This document shows, piece after piece, positions 10,496 to 20,955 of a stretch of DNA of 64,000 bases. The first letter of the stretch is position 1. Each line of letters begins with the position of its first letter. Made by a program: the position numbers and the translations under genes. The notes under the pieces are model-generated. The model was not told where the DNA came from. It saw only the letters and a list, made by a program, of their open reading frames with translations, and did not search any database. Origin of the DNA: an uncultured bacterium (lineage in GTDB: Bacteria; Krumholzibacteriota; Krumholzibacteriia; Krumholzibacteriales; Krumholzibacteriaceae); NCBI GenBank assembly GCA_963813815.1, contig CAWFAD010000005.1, positions 49,932 to 113,931 on the forward strand. The letters are read 5' to 3'.

Positions 10496-10524
10496 TTGAC
10501 CGCCCCCCGCGTTTCATCTAAAAT
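10496..10524 (+). promoter_or_regulatory. Sigma70-like promoter for the transglutaminase/radical SAM pair
   Basis: TTGACC-N17-TAAAAT; a second extended -10 (TGgTATAAT) at 10569-10577. Confidence 0.6.
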
Positions 10525-10599
10525 CCCCAGTCGCAGCCCCCGACAAAGCGCCAGAGCGAACATCAACGTGGTATAATCATGGAAACGGCGGTAAACAAC

Positions 10600-12186
10600 A
10601 TGAGAAAGCTCGTCCTCGCCCTCATCGCGATTGCGCTCCTCCCCTCGCTCGGCCTCGCGGCGCCGGGGGACGTCGAAAAGAAAATCCCCCTCCCCCTCCA
10701 CCACCCGACCGGGATCGCATGGGACGGGACGTGCATCTGGGTCGCGGATCGAAAAGCCGACAGATTCTACCGGCTCGATCCCGCGACCGGCGCGGTCCGG
10801 GACTCGATCGAATCCCCCGGCTATTTCCCCTCGGGCCTCGCCTGGGACGGAAAGCTCCTCTGGAGCACCGATCCGGCGGAGCAGAAGATCTACGCCACGG
10901 ACACGGCCTCGGGACGAACGGTCGCGACCCTCGACGCCCCCTCCTCCGGAGTCACGGGCATCGCCGCGGAAGGGGCCTATCTCTGGATCTGCGACAACGC
11001 GGACGATCGCATCTCGAAAATCGATCCCGGCGACGGAACGACGATCCACTCGTTCCGCGCTCCGTCGGGCGATCCGCGCGGCCTCGTCTTCGGCGGCGGC
11101 TATCTGTGGTGCTCCGATCGAATCAAGGATCAGATCTACATGATCGATCCCCGCAACGGCCACGTCGTCCTCATCATGGACGCGCCCGGCAAGTACGCCT
11201 GGGGCCTCGCCTGGAGCGACGGCCGTTTGCTCTGCGCCGACTATCAAGACGACGCCGTCTACGCCCTCGTCGTCAGGGACGGCGATCTTTACCGGACGTA
11301 CGACGCCCGGCGCGCCTCGATCGATTTCACGACTGAAATTTCGATCTCGGGGGAAGGATCGGTCGCGTCCCTCGATCTTTTTTACGCGGTTCCGCCGGAG
11401 CGGCCGAACCAAAAGCTCCTCTCGCCCATCGAGTACACGAGCGTCCCGACGGCCATCGAGAAGGACCGATGGGGGCAGGAGGTCGCCGTGTTCCGCTTCA
11501 CCGGCCTCGCGCCGTCGCGGACGACGGAGATCGGCATGCGCCTGCGTCTCGAAACGTCGGCGATCCGCTATTTCATCTACCCCGACAAGGTCGGCGCGGA
11601 GATCCCGGCGGAGATCAAGAAGCGCTATCTCGCCGACGACATGAAGTACGACGTCGGCAACCCGTACATCCGACGGATCGTCGATGAGACCGTCGGCGCG
11701 GAAAAGAATATGTACTGGAAGGCGCGGCTCCTCTATCAGTACGTCATCGACCATATGGAATACCTCCTCGCCGGCGGCTGGAACACCGCGCCGACCGTTC
11801 TCAAGCGGGGCAACGGCTCCTGCTCCGAGTATACCTTCAGCTACATCGCGCTCTGCCGCGCCGCCGGCATTCCGGCGCGCTACGTCGGATCGCTCGTCGT
11901 TCGCGGCGATGACGCGAGCTACGACGATGTGTTTCACCGCTGGTGCGAGATTTATCTCCCCGGCTACGGCTGGGTGCCCGTCGACGCCAACGCGGGAGAC
12001 CGGGAATCCCCCGCGGATCAGGCGGCGGCCTTCGGCGGCATCGCGAACCGCTTTCTCGTCACGACCGAGGGAGGCGGGTCCTCCGAGTACCTCGATTGGA
12101 ACTACAACGCTCAAGCCAGATGGGAGACCGTCGGTAAATGTCGCGTCCGGATCGAGAGCATTGCCGAATGGGAACCGCTGCCATGA
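10600..12186 (+). CDS. Secreted beta-propeller plus transglutaminase-like domain protein
   Basis: Signal peptide; repeated P-G-L-A-W-D-G blades; GNGSCSEY, ALCRAAGIPARYV, HRWCEIYLPGYGWVPVD (Cys-His-Asp triad). Confidence 0.88.
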   Translation: MRKLVLALIAIALLPSLGLAAPGDVEKKIPLPLHHPTGIAWDGTCIWVADRKADRFYRLDPATGAVRDSIESPGYFPSGLAWDGKLLWSTDPAEQKIYATDTASGRTVATLDAPSSGVTGIAAEGAYLWICDNADDRISKIDPGDGTTIHSFRAPSGDPRGLVFGGGYLWCSDRIKDQIYMIDPRNGHVVLIMDAPGKYAWGLAWSDGRLLCADYQDDAVYALVVRDGDLYRTYDARRASIDFTTEISISGEGSVASLDLFYAVPPERPNQKLLSPIEYTSVPTAIEKDRWGQEVAVFRFTGLAPSRTTEIGMRLRLETSAIRYFIYPDKVGAEIPAEIKKRYLADDMKYDVGNPYIRRIVDETVGAEKNMYWKARLLYQYVIDHMEYLLAGGWNTAPTVLKRGNGSCSEYTFSYIALCRAAGIPARYVGSLVVRGDDASYDDVFHRWCEIYLPGYGWVPVDANAGDRESPADQAAAFGGIANRFLVTTEGGGSSEYLDWNYNAQARWETVGKCRVRIESIAEWEPLP

Positions 12187-12239
12187 CGGCGATCTGACTC
12201 GTCCGGCGGCATCGCGACTCTGGAAGGAGGTTGGTTCCG

Positions 12240-13619
12240 ATGAGCATCCGGCAACGGGTGCGCGATTACGCCACGGATAAGATCGTCTCCGAGATCATGT
12301 CCCACGTCGCGACCGCATCCCCCCGCGACATCGTCCGCATGATACGCCTCGCCGAGAAGCTCACGAAAGACGAAGAATACCGCACACGCACGGCCGAGCT
12401 CCGGCGCCTCTTCGAGGAGGGGCATCCCTCGGCGCTGCTCGCCCGGGACGTCATGGCGCGGCTCTCCCCGCGCGTTCGAGAGCGGCTCATCCGCAACCTC
12501 TTCATCAACGCGCTCCTCACCGGCATCAATACGCGCAAAGGGATACTCCGCGAGGAGGGATGGCAACCGCCCCAGTTTCTCGTGATCAGCCCGACGATGC
12601 GCTGCAATCTCAAATGCCCCGGCTGCTACGCGGGCGAGTACGATCAGGACCGGGGGCTGCCCGTCGAGCTCATCGACCGGGTGCTCGAGGAATGCAAGGA
12701 CCTCGGCATGTACTTCAATACGATGAGCGGCGGGGAGGTGCTCACCCGGAGGGACATCTTCGAGCTCTGGCGCAAGCATTCGGACATGTACTTCCAGATC
12801 TACACGAACGGCACCCTGATCGACGAGCGCATGGCCGACGAGCTCGCCGAGCTCGGCAACGTGGCGCCGATGGTCAGCCTCGAGGGGTTCGAGGAGGAGA
12901 CGGACGCGCGCCGCGGCAAGGGCACCTTCGCCCGGGTCATGAGGGCGTTCGACCTCATGCGGGAGCGCGGCATGGTCTTCGGCGCCTCGCTCACCGAGAC
13001 GCGGAACAACATCGAGGCGATCGGCAGCAACGAGTTCGTCGATCTCTGCATAGAAAAAGGGTGCATGGTGCTCTGGTACTTCCAGTACATTCCGATCGGG
13101 CGCTGTCCGTCTCTCGATCTCATGCCCGCGGCCTCGCAGCGCGACTGGCTCCGCCACCGCGTGAGGGAGCTTCGCGACTCGCGTCCGATCTTCATCGGCG
13201 ACTTCTGGAACGACGGGCCGTACGTGCACGGATGCATCGCCGGCGGCAGGGAGTATCTCCACATCAACGCGAAGGGGGACGTCGAGCCCTGCGTCTTTTG
13301 CCACTTCGCCGTCGACAACATCAAGAATGTCTCGCTCCGCGAGGCCATCAACTCGCCGTTCATGCGGAGAATTCGCTCGTTCCAGCCCTACCGCGAGAAC
13401 CTGCTCACCCCGTGCATGCTCATCGACGCCCCCGAGGTGCTCCGGGCGGTCGTGACGGAGTTCGAAGCGCGCCCCACCTGCGAGGGGGCCGGGGAGCTCA
13501 TCACGAATTTCGCGAAGGATATCGACCGGTACGCCGCGGAATATCGCGCGTACGCCGACGCCGCATGGAAATCGGAATGGAACGGATCCGCGGCGCCGGA
13601 GCGCGCCGCGTCGAGCTAG
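12240..13619 (+). CDS. Radical SAM protein with SPASM/twitch-like C-terminus
   Basis: CNLKCPGC, SGGEVL, YTNGTLID, GCIAGGREYLHINAKGDVEPC; GGAGG RBS. Confidence 0.92.
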   Translation: MSIRQRVRDYATDKIVSEIMSHVATASPRDIVRMIRLAEKLTKDEEYRTRTAELRRLFEEGHPSALLARDVMARLSPRVRERLIRNLFINALLTGINTRKGILREEGWQPPQFLVISPTMRCNLKCPGCYAGEYDQDRGLPVELIDRVLEECKDLGMYFNTMSGGEVLTRRDIFELWRKHSDMYFQIYTNGTLIDERMADELAELGNVAPMVSLEGFEEETDARRGKGTFARVMRAFDLMRERGMVFGASLTETRNNIEAIGSNEFVDLCIEKGCMVLWYFQYIPIGRCPSLDLMPAASQRDWLRHRVRELRDSRPIFIGDFWNDGPYVHGCIAGGREYLHINAKGDVEPCVFCHFAVDNIKNVSLREAINSPFMRRIRSFQPYRENLLTPCMLIDAPEVLRAVVTEFEARPTCEGAGELITNFAKDIDRYAAEYRAYADAAWKSEWNGSAAPERAASS

Positions 13620-13625
13620 CGGGCG

Positions 13626-15080
13626 TCATCCCTTGACGCACACGAGCGGCCGCAGCCGCGCGACGCGGCGGCTCACGAGCGCCCCCTCCATGATCCCGAC
13701 CACGCGCTCCACGTCCTTGTAGGCTCCGGGGGCCTCCTCCGCGGCGCCCGGTTTGCTGTGGACGCGCACGACGATGCCGCACCGGCCGAGCTCGGCTATG
13801 ACGTTCTCGCCCCGGTACTCCCGAAGGGCCTGCTTGCGCGACGCCCGGCGTCCCGCTCCGTGAATCGAGCTCCCGAACGTCTCCTCCATCCCCCGCTCCG
13901 TTCCGACGAGAACGAACGAGCTCGTGCCCATCGTCCCGCCGACGAGCACGGGCTGCCCGACGCCGCGATAGCGCTCCGGCATTCCGGCGCGTCCCGCCGC
14001 GAACGCGCGCGTGGCGCCTTTGCGGTGAACGAGGAGCTCCCTCTCGACGCCATCGACGGAGTGCTTCTCGAGCTTGAGATTGTTGTGCCCCACCTCGTAG
14101 AGCGTCCGCATGCGGCTGTCCCCGAGCGAAAACAGGTCGCGGAACACGCCGCGGACGAGACCGGCGATCGCCTGCCGGTTCGCGAAGGCGCAGTTGATGC
14201 CGGCCCGAACGGCGGAGATGTACCGCCGCCCCTCCGGGCTCGCGATGGGCGCCGCGGCGAGGTCTTCCTCGGGAAGCTCGATCCGGTACTTCGCGCTCGC
14301 GCGCCGAAGCACCGATTGATAGTCCGTTCCGATCTGGTGCCCGAGGGCGCGGCTTCCCGTATGGATGCTCACGGCGACGGAGCCCTCGGAGAGCCCGAAA
14401 GCGGCGGCTGCGCCGGCGTCATACACCGCGTCGACGAACTGCACCTCGAGATAATGATTCCCCGATCCGAGCGTCCCGAGCTGTTTGAGCTCCCGCTCCT
14501 TCGCGAGCACGCTCACGCACGACGGATCGGCCCCCTCCGCCCTTCCTCCATCCTCGATGAACTCGAGGTCGTCCGCGACCCCGTACCCCCGCTCGAGCGC
14601 GAAGGACGCGCCCCGCTCGAGCACCTCGTCGATCTCCTCCATCGTGAGCTTGAGGGATCCCGTCGAACCGATGCCCGCCGGAATACGCCGAAAGAGCTCG
14701 TCGGCCAGCTCGACCTTGCGCCCTTCGACATCCTCGCGGGAAAGGTCCAGGATCATCGTCCTGACCCCGCAGTTGATGTCGAATCCAACCCCCGCGATCG
14801 CCACGACTCCCGTCGCCGGATCGAACGCTCCGACCCCTCCGATCGGAAAACCGTATCCGGGGTGAATGTCGGCCATGGCGAGCGAGGAGCCGACGATCCC
14901 CGGCAGGCAGGCGACGTTGCGCACCTGCAGCAGCGCGTCCCACTCCTTGCTCGAGCTCTCGCCGAGCAGGAGATCGATCGACTCCCGGTCGGCGTAGATG
15001 CGGCCCGGGACGTTCATATTTCCCGTTCTCGGAATCTCCCAGAGGTAATCGTGAACTTTTCGCAGCTCGACGCGCGCCAT
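13626..15080 (-). CDS. rtcB: RtcB RNA ligase
   Basis: DIHPGYGFPIGG, GFDINCG, LGSGNHYLE, HTGSR, HRKGAT, HGAGR, EEAPGAYK, terminal VKG. Confidence 0.96.
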   Translation of the reverse strand: MARVELRKVHDYLWEIPRTGNMNVPGRIYADRESIDLLLGESSSKEWDALLQVRNVACLPGIVGSSLAMADIHPGYGFPIGGVGAFDPATGVVAIAGVGFDINCGVRTMILDLSREDVEGRKVELADELFRRIPAGIGSTGSLKLTMEEIDEVLERGASFALERGYGVADDLEFIEDGGRAEGADPSCVSVLAKERELKQLGTLGSGNHYLEVQFVDAVYDAGAAAAFGLSEGSVAVSIHTGSRALGHQIGTDYQSVLRRASAKYRIELPEEDLAAAPIASPEGRRYISAVRAGINCAFANRQAIAGLVRGVFRDLFSLGDSRMRTLYEVGHNNLKLEKHSVDGVERELLVHRKGATRAFAAGRAGMPERYRGVGQPVLVGGTMGTSSFVLVGTERGMEETFGSSIHGAGRRASRKQALREYRGENVIAELGRCGIVVRVHSKPGAAEEAPGAYKDVERVVGIMEGALVSRRVARLRPLVCVKG

Positions 15081-15098
15081 GTCCGCGTACCTCCTTGA

Positions 15099-15536
15099 TC
15101 AGAGATCGACGACGCACTGCGCCGTCCAGAACCCGTCCTCTTCCCGGCGCACGAAGGCTCCGCAGTACGTGGCAGCCTTCACCTCGATGCGCAGCGCCGC
15201 GCGCGCCTCGGAGACGGGAACGCCTGCCGCCGTGGCGGCGATCGTCCAGCATCCCCGCCGCTCGACGAGCTCGTCGACCGCGACCGCCACGATCACGAGA
15301 TCGCCGATATCGGCCTCGGCGACGAGAGCGTTCAGAAACTCGATCAGGAGCCCCGTGAGGTCCGGGGCGCGCCTGCGCAGCGGCACCGAGACCGACGGCC
15401 GGAGCGCGGCGCGGTCGGCGACGAGCTCGAGCATAGCCGCCGCCGTCTCCTCGAAGGCCTCGGCGGCCGTCGCCCCCCAGCCGCGTATGCCCATATCGGC
15501 CGTGTGATCGATCGTCTCGTGGCCGCGAGTCGGCAT
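15099..15536 (-). CDS. Archease (RtcB cofactor)
   Basis: IDHTADMGI, EVKAATY, terminal VVDL; directly upstream of rtcB. Confidence 0.92.
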   Translation of the reverse strand: MPTRGHETIDHTADMGIRGWGATAAEAFEETAAAMLELVADRAALRPSVSVPLRRRAPDLTGLLIEFLNALVAEADIGDLVIVAVAVDELVERRGCWTIAATAAGVPVSEARAALRIEVKAATYCGAFVRREEDGFWTAQCVVDL

Positions 15537-15579
15537 TCGCGCCCTCCTCGCGCTCCCCGCCGCATCGCGGCGCGGTGCG

Positions 15580-16671
15580 CTACAACGGCTTGAAGATGAA
15601 GTGAACGACGTCTCCGTCCTGAATCTCGTAGTCGTGCCCCTCGGTTCTGAGGAGGCCGTGATGATGAACGGCGGCGCGGGAGCCGTGCTCGACGAGGTGC
15701 GCGAAGCTCATGACCTCGGCCCGGATGAATCCCCGCTCCATGTCGCCATGGATCTTGCCCGCGGCGAGCGGAGCGGGCGTTCCCCGCGGAATCGACCACG
15801 CCTGCAGCTTTTCGTGCGCCGTCGTGTAGTACCGGATGAGACCGAGCCGCTCGTGGCACCTCTCGATGAATCGGCTCTTCGCCAGTCCGTCGACGCCGAG
15901 CTCGCCCTGGAACGCGAGCCGCTCTTCCGCCGGCAGCGAATCGAGCTCCTCCTCGATTCGGGCGGAAAAGACAAAGACGCCTCTTTCGCCGAGCGCCTCC
16001 GTCACGCGGCGGCACGCGGCCCCGGCCCCCGAAGGATCCTCGTACCCCGTGTTGAGAACGACGAGGCGCGGCTTCGAGGTCAGAAGCGCGAGCTCGTCGA
16101 AGAGCGCTCGCACGGGGGCGCTCACCGATTCGGCCTCGACGCGCTCCCCGCGCGAGAGCGTCGCCCGCACCGACTCGAGATAACGCAGATCGTGCCGCTC
16201 CTCCTCCTTGAGGGCTTTGGCCTTCGTCCGCTCCTTCTCTATCCAGCGATCGACCCGCTCGACGTCCGAGAGAAAGAGCTCCGTGTCGACGATCTCGAGA
16301 TCGAGCAGCGGATCGACGGTCCCATACACGTGGCTCACGTTTCCGTCCGTGAAGCAGCGGAGCACGTGCGCGAGCACGCTCGCCTCCCGCACGTGGTGCA
16401 GAAACTTGTTGCCGAGCCCCTCGCCCCGGCTCGCGCCTTTCACGAGCCCCGCGATGTCGATGAAGGTGACGGTCGCAGGAATGACCTCTTTCGGCATGAG
16501 GACGGCCGCCAGCCGCGCGAGACGATCGTCGGGCACGGGCACCGTTCCGTGGTTTCGCTCGATCGTGCAGAAAGGATAGTTCGACGCCTCGGCGCCCGCA
16601 TGGCAGAGCGCGTTGAGCAGCGTCGATTTACCGACGTTCGGCAGTCCGATGATGCCGACGGTGAGTCCCAT
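15580..16671 (-). CDS. ychF: Redox-regulated ATPase YchF
   Basis: GLPNVGKSTL, NYPFCTIE, DIAGLVKGASRGEGLGNKFL, TGS domain AAGKIHGDMERGFIRAEV. Confidence 0.96.
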   Translation of the reverse strand: MGLTVGIIGLPNVGKSTLLNALCHAGAEASNYPFCTIERNHGTVPVPDDRLARLAAVLMPKEVIPATVTFIDIAGLVKGASRGEGLGNKFLHHVREASVLAHVLRCFTDGNVSHVYGTVDPLLDLEIVDTELFLSDVERVDRWIEKERTKAKALKEEERHDLRYLESVRATLSRGERVEAESVSAPVRALFDELALLTSKPRLVVLNTGYEDPSGAGAACRRVTEALGERGVFVFSARIEEELDSLPAEERLAFQGELGVDGLAKSRFIERCHERLGLIRYYTTAHEKLQAWSIPRGTPAPLAAGKIHGDMERGFIRAEVMSFAHLVEHGSRAAVHHHGLLRTEGHDYEIQDGDVVHFIFKPL

Positions 16672-16721
16672 GGAACATCCCTTTCCGCGCGCCCGCGCGG
16701 CCCCGGGTCCCGGACACAATC

Positions 16722-16750
16722 ATGGTAGGGCAACGCGGCGGCCCTGTCAA
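16722..16750 (-). promoter_or_regulatory. Sigma70 promoter of ychF-archease-rtcB
   Basis: Minus strand TTGACA-N17-TACCAT. Confidence 0.7.
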
Positions 16751-16755
16751 AACGC

Positions 16756-16789
16756 AAAAAAATCTCCGGCCCCGTCCGGGGCCGGAGAT
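16756..16789 (-). terminator. Rho-independent terminator after the YHS gene
   Basis: Perfect 12-bp stem ATCTCCGGCCCC/GGGGCCGGAGAT, 4-nt loop, U-tract on minus strand. Confidence 0.85.
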
Positions 16790-16852
16790 GACGTTCGAAT
16801 CGCCACGGAAGCGTTTCCGCGCCCGCGCAACCGGGCGCGGCGCGCTCCGCCG

Positions 16853-17632
16853 TTACTTCTTCGCCGGCTTGTCTTTCGCGTGGGGGCACTCTCCGGCTTC
16901 GATCGCCTTCCGGCAACCCTCCTCGCCCTTGGCCGCTTCCTTGCAGCCGAGAGAACCGCTCTTCGCGTCTCCGCATTTCTCGTAGGCCGCCCCGCGCGCC
17001 TTGCCGAGATACTTCTTCGGATCGGCCTTGAACTTCTTCATGCAGCTCTCGCAGCAGAAATAGTAGGTCTTCCCGTCGCGCTCGAGCTTGGCCCCTGCTT
17101 CCTTGCGGAGAAACACCTTGCCGGTCACGGGGCACATGTCGTGAACGTAGGCGCCCGGATCCTTGTCGAAGGCGGCCTTGTTCTCACCGTTTTCGAAGTA
17201 GAGCGGCATCCCCTCGAAGGTGGAGCTGTGCTTCATATCCTTCTGGCGCATGACCTTCCCGCCGACGTAATCGTAGTTCATCTCGTATTCGCCGGGGCTC
17301 GCGAGATATTTGTCCCGGCACGCCTCCGAGCAGAAATATATCCGGCGGTTGTTGTGCGAGGTCGCGACGGCCTTGTCCTTGCTGACGGTCATGCCGCACA
17401 CGGCGTCGACGTCCATGCCCGCGGCCACGGCCTTCGGATCCTTATCGAAATAGGCGCGGCAGCCCGGGCTGCAGAAATGGTACATGACGCCCTCGTACTC
17501 GGCGTCGAGCCCCTCCGCCCCGTCCGCGAGGTAGCCGCACACCGAGCAGGCGACCTTGTCCTCTCCGGCCGTCACGACGACCGCCGAGAGCAGCACGGCC
17601 GCCATGATCGCGAATAACGTCATATTCTTCAT
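16853..17632 (-). CDS. Exported protein with four YHS/TRASH-like domains
   Basis: Signal peptide; [53 protein letters not shown]. Confidence 0.85.
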   Translation of the reverse strand: MKNMTLFAIMAAVLLSAVVVTAGEDKVACSVCGYLADGAEGLDAEYEGVMYHFCSPGCRAYFDKDPKAVAAGMDVDAVCGMTVSKDKAVATSHNNRRIYFCSEACRDKYLASPGEYEMNYDYVGGKVMRQKDMKHSSTFEGMPLYFENGENKAAFDKDPGAYVHDMCPVTGKVFLRKEAGAKLERDGKTYYFCCESCMKKFKADPKKYLGKARGAAYEKCGDAKSGSLGCKEAAKGEEGCRKAIEAGECPHAKDKPAKK

Positions 17633-17681
17633 CGCCGACCTCTTTCTCCGTTCAATCGATGTCATCGATCGCCGCGCCGTT

Positions 17682-19658
17682 CTATCGTATGAAGAGCGGG
17701 GCGAACACGAGCGCGACGACCGCCATGAGCTTGATGAGAATGTTCATGCTCGGGCCGGAGGTGTCCTTGAACGGGTCCCCGACCGTGTCGCCGACGACCG
17801 CGGCGGCGTGAACCGGCGTTCCCTTGCCGCCGAGGTTTCCGGCCTCGATCCATTTCTTGCTGTTGTCCCACGTGCCGCCAACGTTCGCCATGAAGATGCC
17901 GAGCAGCACGCCCGTCACCGTCGCGCCGGCGAGAAATCCGCCGAGGGCCTCGGGGCCGAGGACGAATCCGATCACGAGCGGCATTATGACGGCGAGAATG
18001 CCGGGCAGAATCATTTCGCGGAGCGCGTTCTTCGTCACGATGTCGATGCAGCGCCCCGTATCGGGCTCCGCCGTACCCTCCATGAGCCCTTTGATCTCGC
18101 GGAACTGCCGCCTGATCTCGATGACCATCTTGTTCGCGGCCTTGCCCACCCCCTTCATGGTGAAGGAGGCGATCACGAACGGCATCGTCCCTCCGAGGAA
18201 GAGCCCGATGACCGTTTTCGCCGAAGAGAGGCTGATCGTCTCAATCCCAACCGACTGCTGGTACGCGCTGAAGAGACCGAGCGCCGTGAGCGCCGCCGAA
18301 CCGATCGCGAATCCCTTGCCGATCGCCGCCGTGGTGTTGCCGAGCGAATCGAGCCGGTCCGTGATCGCGCGAATTTCCTTGCCGAGGTGCGACATCTCGG
18401 CGATGCCGCCGGCGTTGTCCGCGATGGGTCCGTAGGAATCGGTCGACATGATCACGCCGATCGTCGAGAGCATGCCGACCGCGGAAATCGCGATGCCGTA
18501 GAGGCCGCTCGCCTCGAAGGCGATGAAGATGGCCGCGCAAAGCGTGATCATCGGCAACACGATGCTCTCGAATCCGACGGCCAGCCCCGTGATGATCGTG
18601 GTGGCGGGGCCCGTTTCGCTCGCGTGCGCGACCGTTTGCACCGGCGGGCCGGAGGTGAAGTACTCGCTCTCCGCGCCGATGAGGACGCCGCCGATGATGC
18701 CGGCGAGCGCGGCGTAGAAGGGACCGAGCTCTCCGACGATCGCCCGCGTCAGGAAGAAGGCGCCGGCGATGAACACCGCCCCCGCGACGTAGGTGGCGTA
18801 CCGGAGAGCGGAAGCGGGGTTGAGCCTTTTCAGAATGTCGATCGAGAAGATGCCGAGGAAGGATCCGATGAGGCCCATGCCGATGAGCGCGAGCGGCAGG
18901 GACATCCAGCGCACCGGGTCGAGCATCGTGGCGCCGAGCGCCATCGTGGCGACGACGCTTCCGACGTAGCTTTCGAAGAGGTCCGCGCCCATGCCCGCCG
19001 TATCGCCCACGTTGTCGCCCACGTTGTCCGCGATGACGCCGGGGTTTCGCGGATCGTCCTCGGGGATGCCCGCCTCCACCTTGCCGACGAGGTCCGCGCC
19101 GACGTCGGCGCTCTTCGTATAGATGCCGCCTCCCACGCGGGCGAAGAGCGCGATCGAGCTCGCCCCCATGGCGAATCCGTTGATGATGACCGGATTCTTC
19201 GTGAAGACGAAGAAAAAGCCGAGCCCGACGACGCCGAGCGCGGCGACGCTGAGCCCCATCACCGAGCCGCCCCGGAACGCGATGAGCAGGGCGCGGGCGA
19301 CGCCGCCGTCGATGGCTCCCTGCGCCGTGCGCGCGTTGCTCCTCGTCGCGGCCTCCATGCCGAGGAGCCCGGCGCCCATCGAGCATACCGCCCCGCCGAG
19401 GAAGGCGACCGCCGTCCAGATACCCAGCAGCAGCGCGAGCGCGGCGAACACGACGACGATGAATCCCGCTATGATCGAGTACTCGCGTTTCAGAAACACG
19501 AAAGCGCCGTGGTGCACCCGGTCGCTGATCGACCTCATGAGCTCGTTGCCGGCCGGCTTCCTCATGATGGAAAAATACGTGAGCACGGCGACGGCCATCC
19601 CGACGACGCCGAGCCACGGGATCGCGTTCGTCAATCGCTCGAGCACATCAATCTGCAT
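17682..19658 (-). CDS. hppA: Membrane ion-translocating pyrophosphatase, K+-dependent type (probably Na+-pumping)
   Basis: [39 protein letters not shown] (Ala at the K+-dependence position), [14 protein letters not shown]. Confidence 0.95.
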   Translation of the reverse strand: MQIDVLERLTNAIPWLGVVGMAVAVLTYFSIMRKPAGNELMRSISDRVHHGAFVFLKREYSIIAGFIVVVFAALALLLGIWTAVAFLGGAVCSMGAGLLGMEAATRSNARTAQGAIDGGVARALLIAFRGGSVMGLSVAALGVVGLGFFFVFTKNPVIINGFAMGASSIALFARVGGGIYTKSADVGADLVGKVEAGIPEDDPRNPGVIADNVGDNVGDTAGMGADLFESYVGSVVATMALGATMLDPVRWMSLPLALIGMGLIGSFLGIFSIDILKRLNPASALRYATYVAGAVFIAGAFFLTRAIVGELGPFYAALAGIIGGVLIGAESEYFTSGPPVQTVAHASETGPATTIITGLAVGFESIVLPMITLCAAIFIAFEASGLYGIAISAVGMLSTIGVIMSTDSYGPIADNAGGIAEMSHLGKEIRAITDRLDSLGNTTAAIGKGFAIGSAALTALGLFSAYQQSVGIETISLSSAKTVIGLFLGGTMPFVIASFTMKGVGKAANKMVIEIRRQFREIKGLMEGTAEPDTGRCIDIVTKNALREMILPGILAVIMPLVIGFVLGPEALGGFLAGATVTGVLLGIFMANVGGTWDNSKKWIEAGNLGGKGTPVHAAAVVGDTVGDPFKDTSGPSMNILIKLMAVVALVFAPLFIR

Positions 19659-19709
19659 GGACTCTTCCCTCCTCTGGGTGCGGGCGCGGGGCGACCCGCG
19701 CCCCTTGTT

Positions 19710-20909
19710 TCACCGGATAACGCCGAGGCCTCGGCCGACCTTCGTGAAGGCGTCGATCGCCCGGTCGAGGTGAGCGCGCGTGTGGGCCGCCGAGATCTGC
19801 ACGCGGATGCGCGCGGCTCCCTTCGGCACGACCGGATAGAAGAAACCGATTACGTAGATGCCCTCTTCGAGCATCCGCCCCGCCATGTCCTGCGCGAGCT
19901 TCGCGTCCCCGAGCATGACGGGCACGATCGGATGCTCGCTCGGCACGATGTTGAATCCCGCCGCGGTCATCTTCGAGCGGAAGTAGGCGGTGTTCTCGCG
20001 CAGCCGGGCGCGGAGCTCGTCCGTCTTCGAAAGGAGCTCGAGCGCCTTGATCGAGGCCGCAACGAGCGCCGGGGCGAGCGTGTTCGAGAAGAGGTACGGG
20101 CGCGAGCGCTGCCGCAGGAGGTCGATGATCTCCTGCCGTCCCGTCGTGAAGCCGCCCGACGCCCCGCCGAGCGCCTTGCCGAGAGTCGAGGTGATGACGT
20201 CGACGCGGCCGAGAGCGCCGCAATGCTCGACGGCTCCCCTTCCCGTCGGACCGAAGAACCCCGTCGCGTGGGAATCGTCTACCATGACGAGCGCGCCGTA
20301 TTGATCGGCGATGTCGCAAATCTCGTCGACCTTGGCGACGATGCCGTCCATCGAGAAAACGCCGTCGGTGGCGATCATGATGCGCTTGGCGCCCGCGGCC
20401 TTGGCCTCGTCGAGCCTCGCGCGCAAATCGTTCATGTCGTTGTTATTGTAGCGGTAGCGCTTCGCCTTGCAGAGCCTGACCCCGTCGATGATCGAGGCGT
20501 GGTTCAGGGCGTCGCTCACGACGGCGTCGTCCTCGCCGAGCAGCACCTCGAAGAGCCCGCCGTTCGCGTCGAAGCATGACGAATAGAGGATGGCGTCCTC
20601 CGTTTTGAAGAAGCCGGCGATCGTCTTCTCGAGCTTCTTGTGAATGTCCTGCGTCCCGCAGATGAATCGAACGGAGGAGAGCCCGAAGCCGTGGGTCCTC
20701 ATCGCGGCGCACGCGGCGTCGATGAGCTCGCGGTTGTTCGCGAGGCCGAGATAGTTGTTGGCGCAGAAATTGAGCACGTCCTGCCCCGTCTGCACCTTGA
20801 TTTCGGGACGCTGCTCGGTGACGATCACGCGCTCGACCTTGTACAGGCCGGCGTCCTTGATCTCCGCGAGGGTGGTCTTGAGCTCGTTCTGGATCGTCGA
20901 CTGGTACAT
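19710..20909 (-). CDS. kbl: Glycine C-acetyltransferase (2-amino-3-ketobutyrate CoA ligase)
   Basis: [52 protein letters not shown]. Confidence 0.96.
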   Translation of the reverse strand: MYQSTIQNELKTTLAEIKDAGLYKVERVIVTEQRPEIKVQTGQDVLNFCANNYLGLANNRELIDAACAAMRTHGFGLSSVRFICGTQDIHKKLEKTIAGFFKTEDAILYSSCFDANGGLFEVLLGEDDAVVSDALNHASIIDGVRLCKAKRYRYNNNDMNDLRARLDEAKAAGAKRIMIATDGVFSMDGIVAKVDEICDIADQYGALVMVDDSHATGFFGPTGRGAVEHCGALGRVDVITSTLGKALGGASGGFTTGRQEIIDLLRQRSRPYLFSNTLAPALVAASIKALELLSKTDELRARLRENTAYFRSKMTAAGFNIVPSEHPIVPVMLGDAKLAQDMAGRMLEEGIYVIGFFYPVVPKGAARIRVQISAAHTRAHLDRAIDAFTKVGRGLGVIR

Positions 20910-20955
20910 GCGCTTCTCCCCTTCGCGCGGCGCCGCCACTCGCGGCGCACGCTCC

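Noticed and set aside
17556..20579. 1007-aa plus-strand ORF, and similar long antisense ORFs at 21857, 30747, 34379, 36699 and 51469
   Set aside because: Each lies opposite a well-supported gene and has Arg/Gly/His-rich shadow composition.
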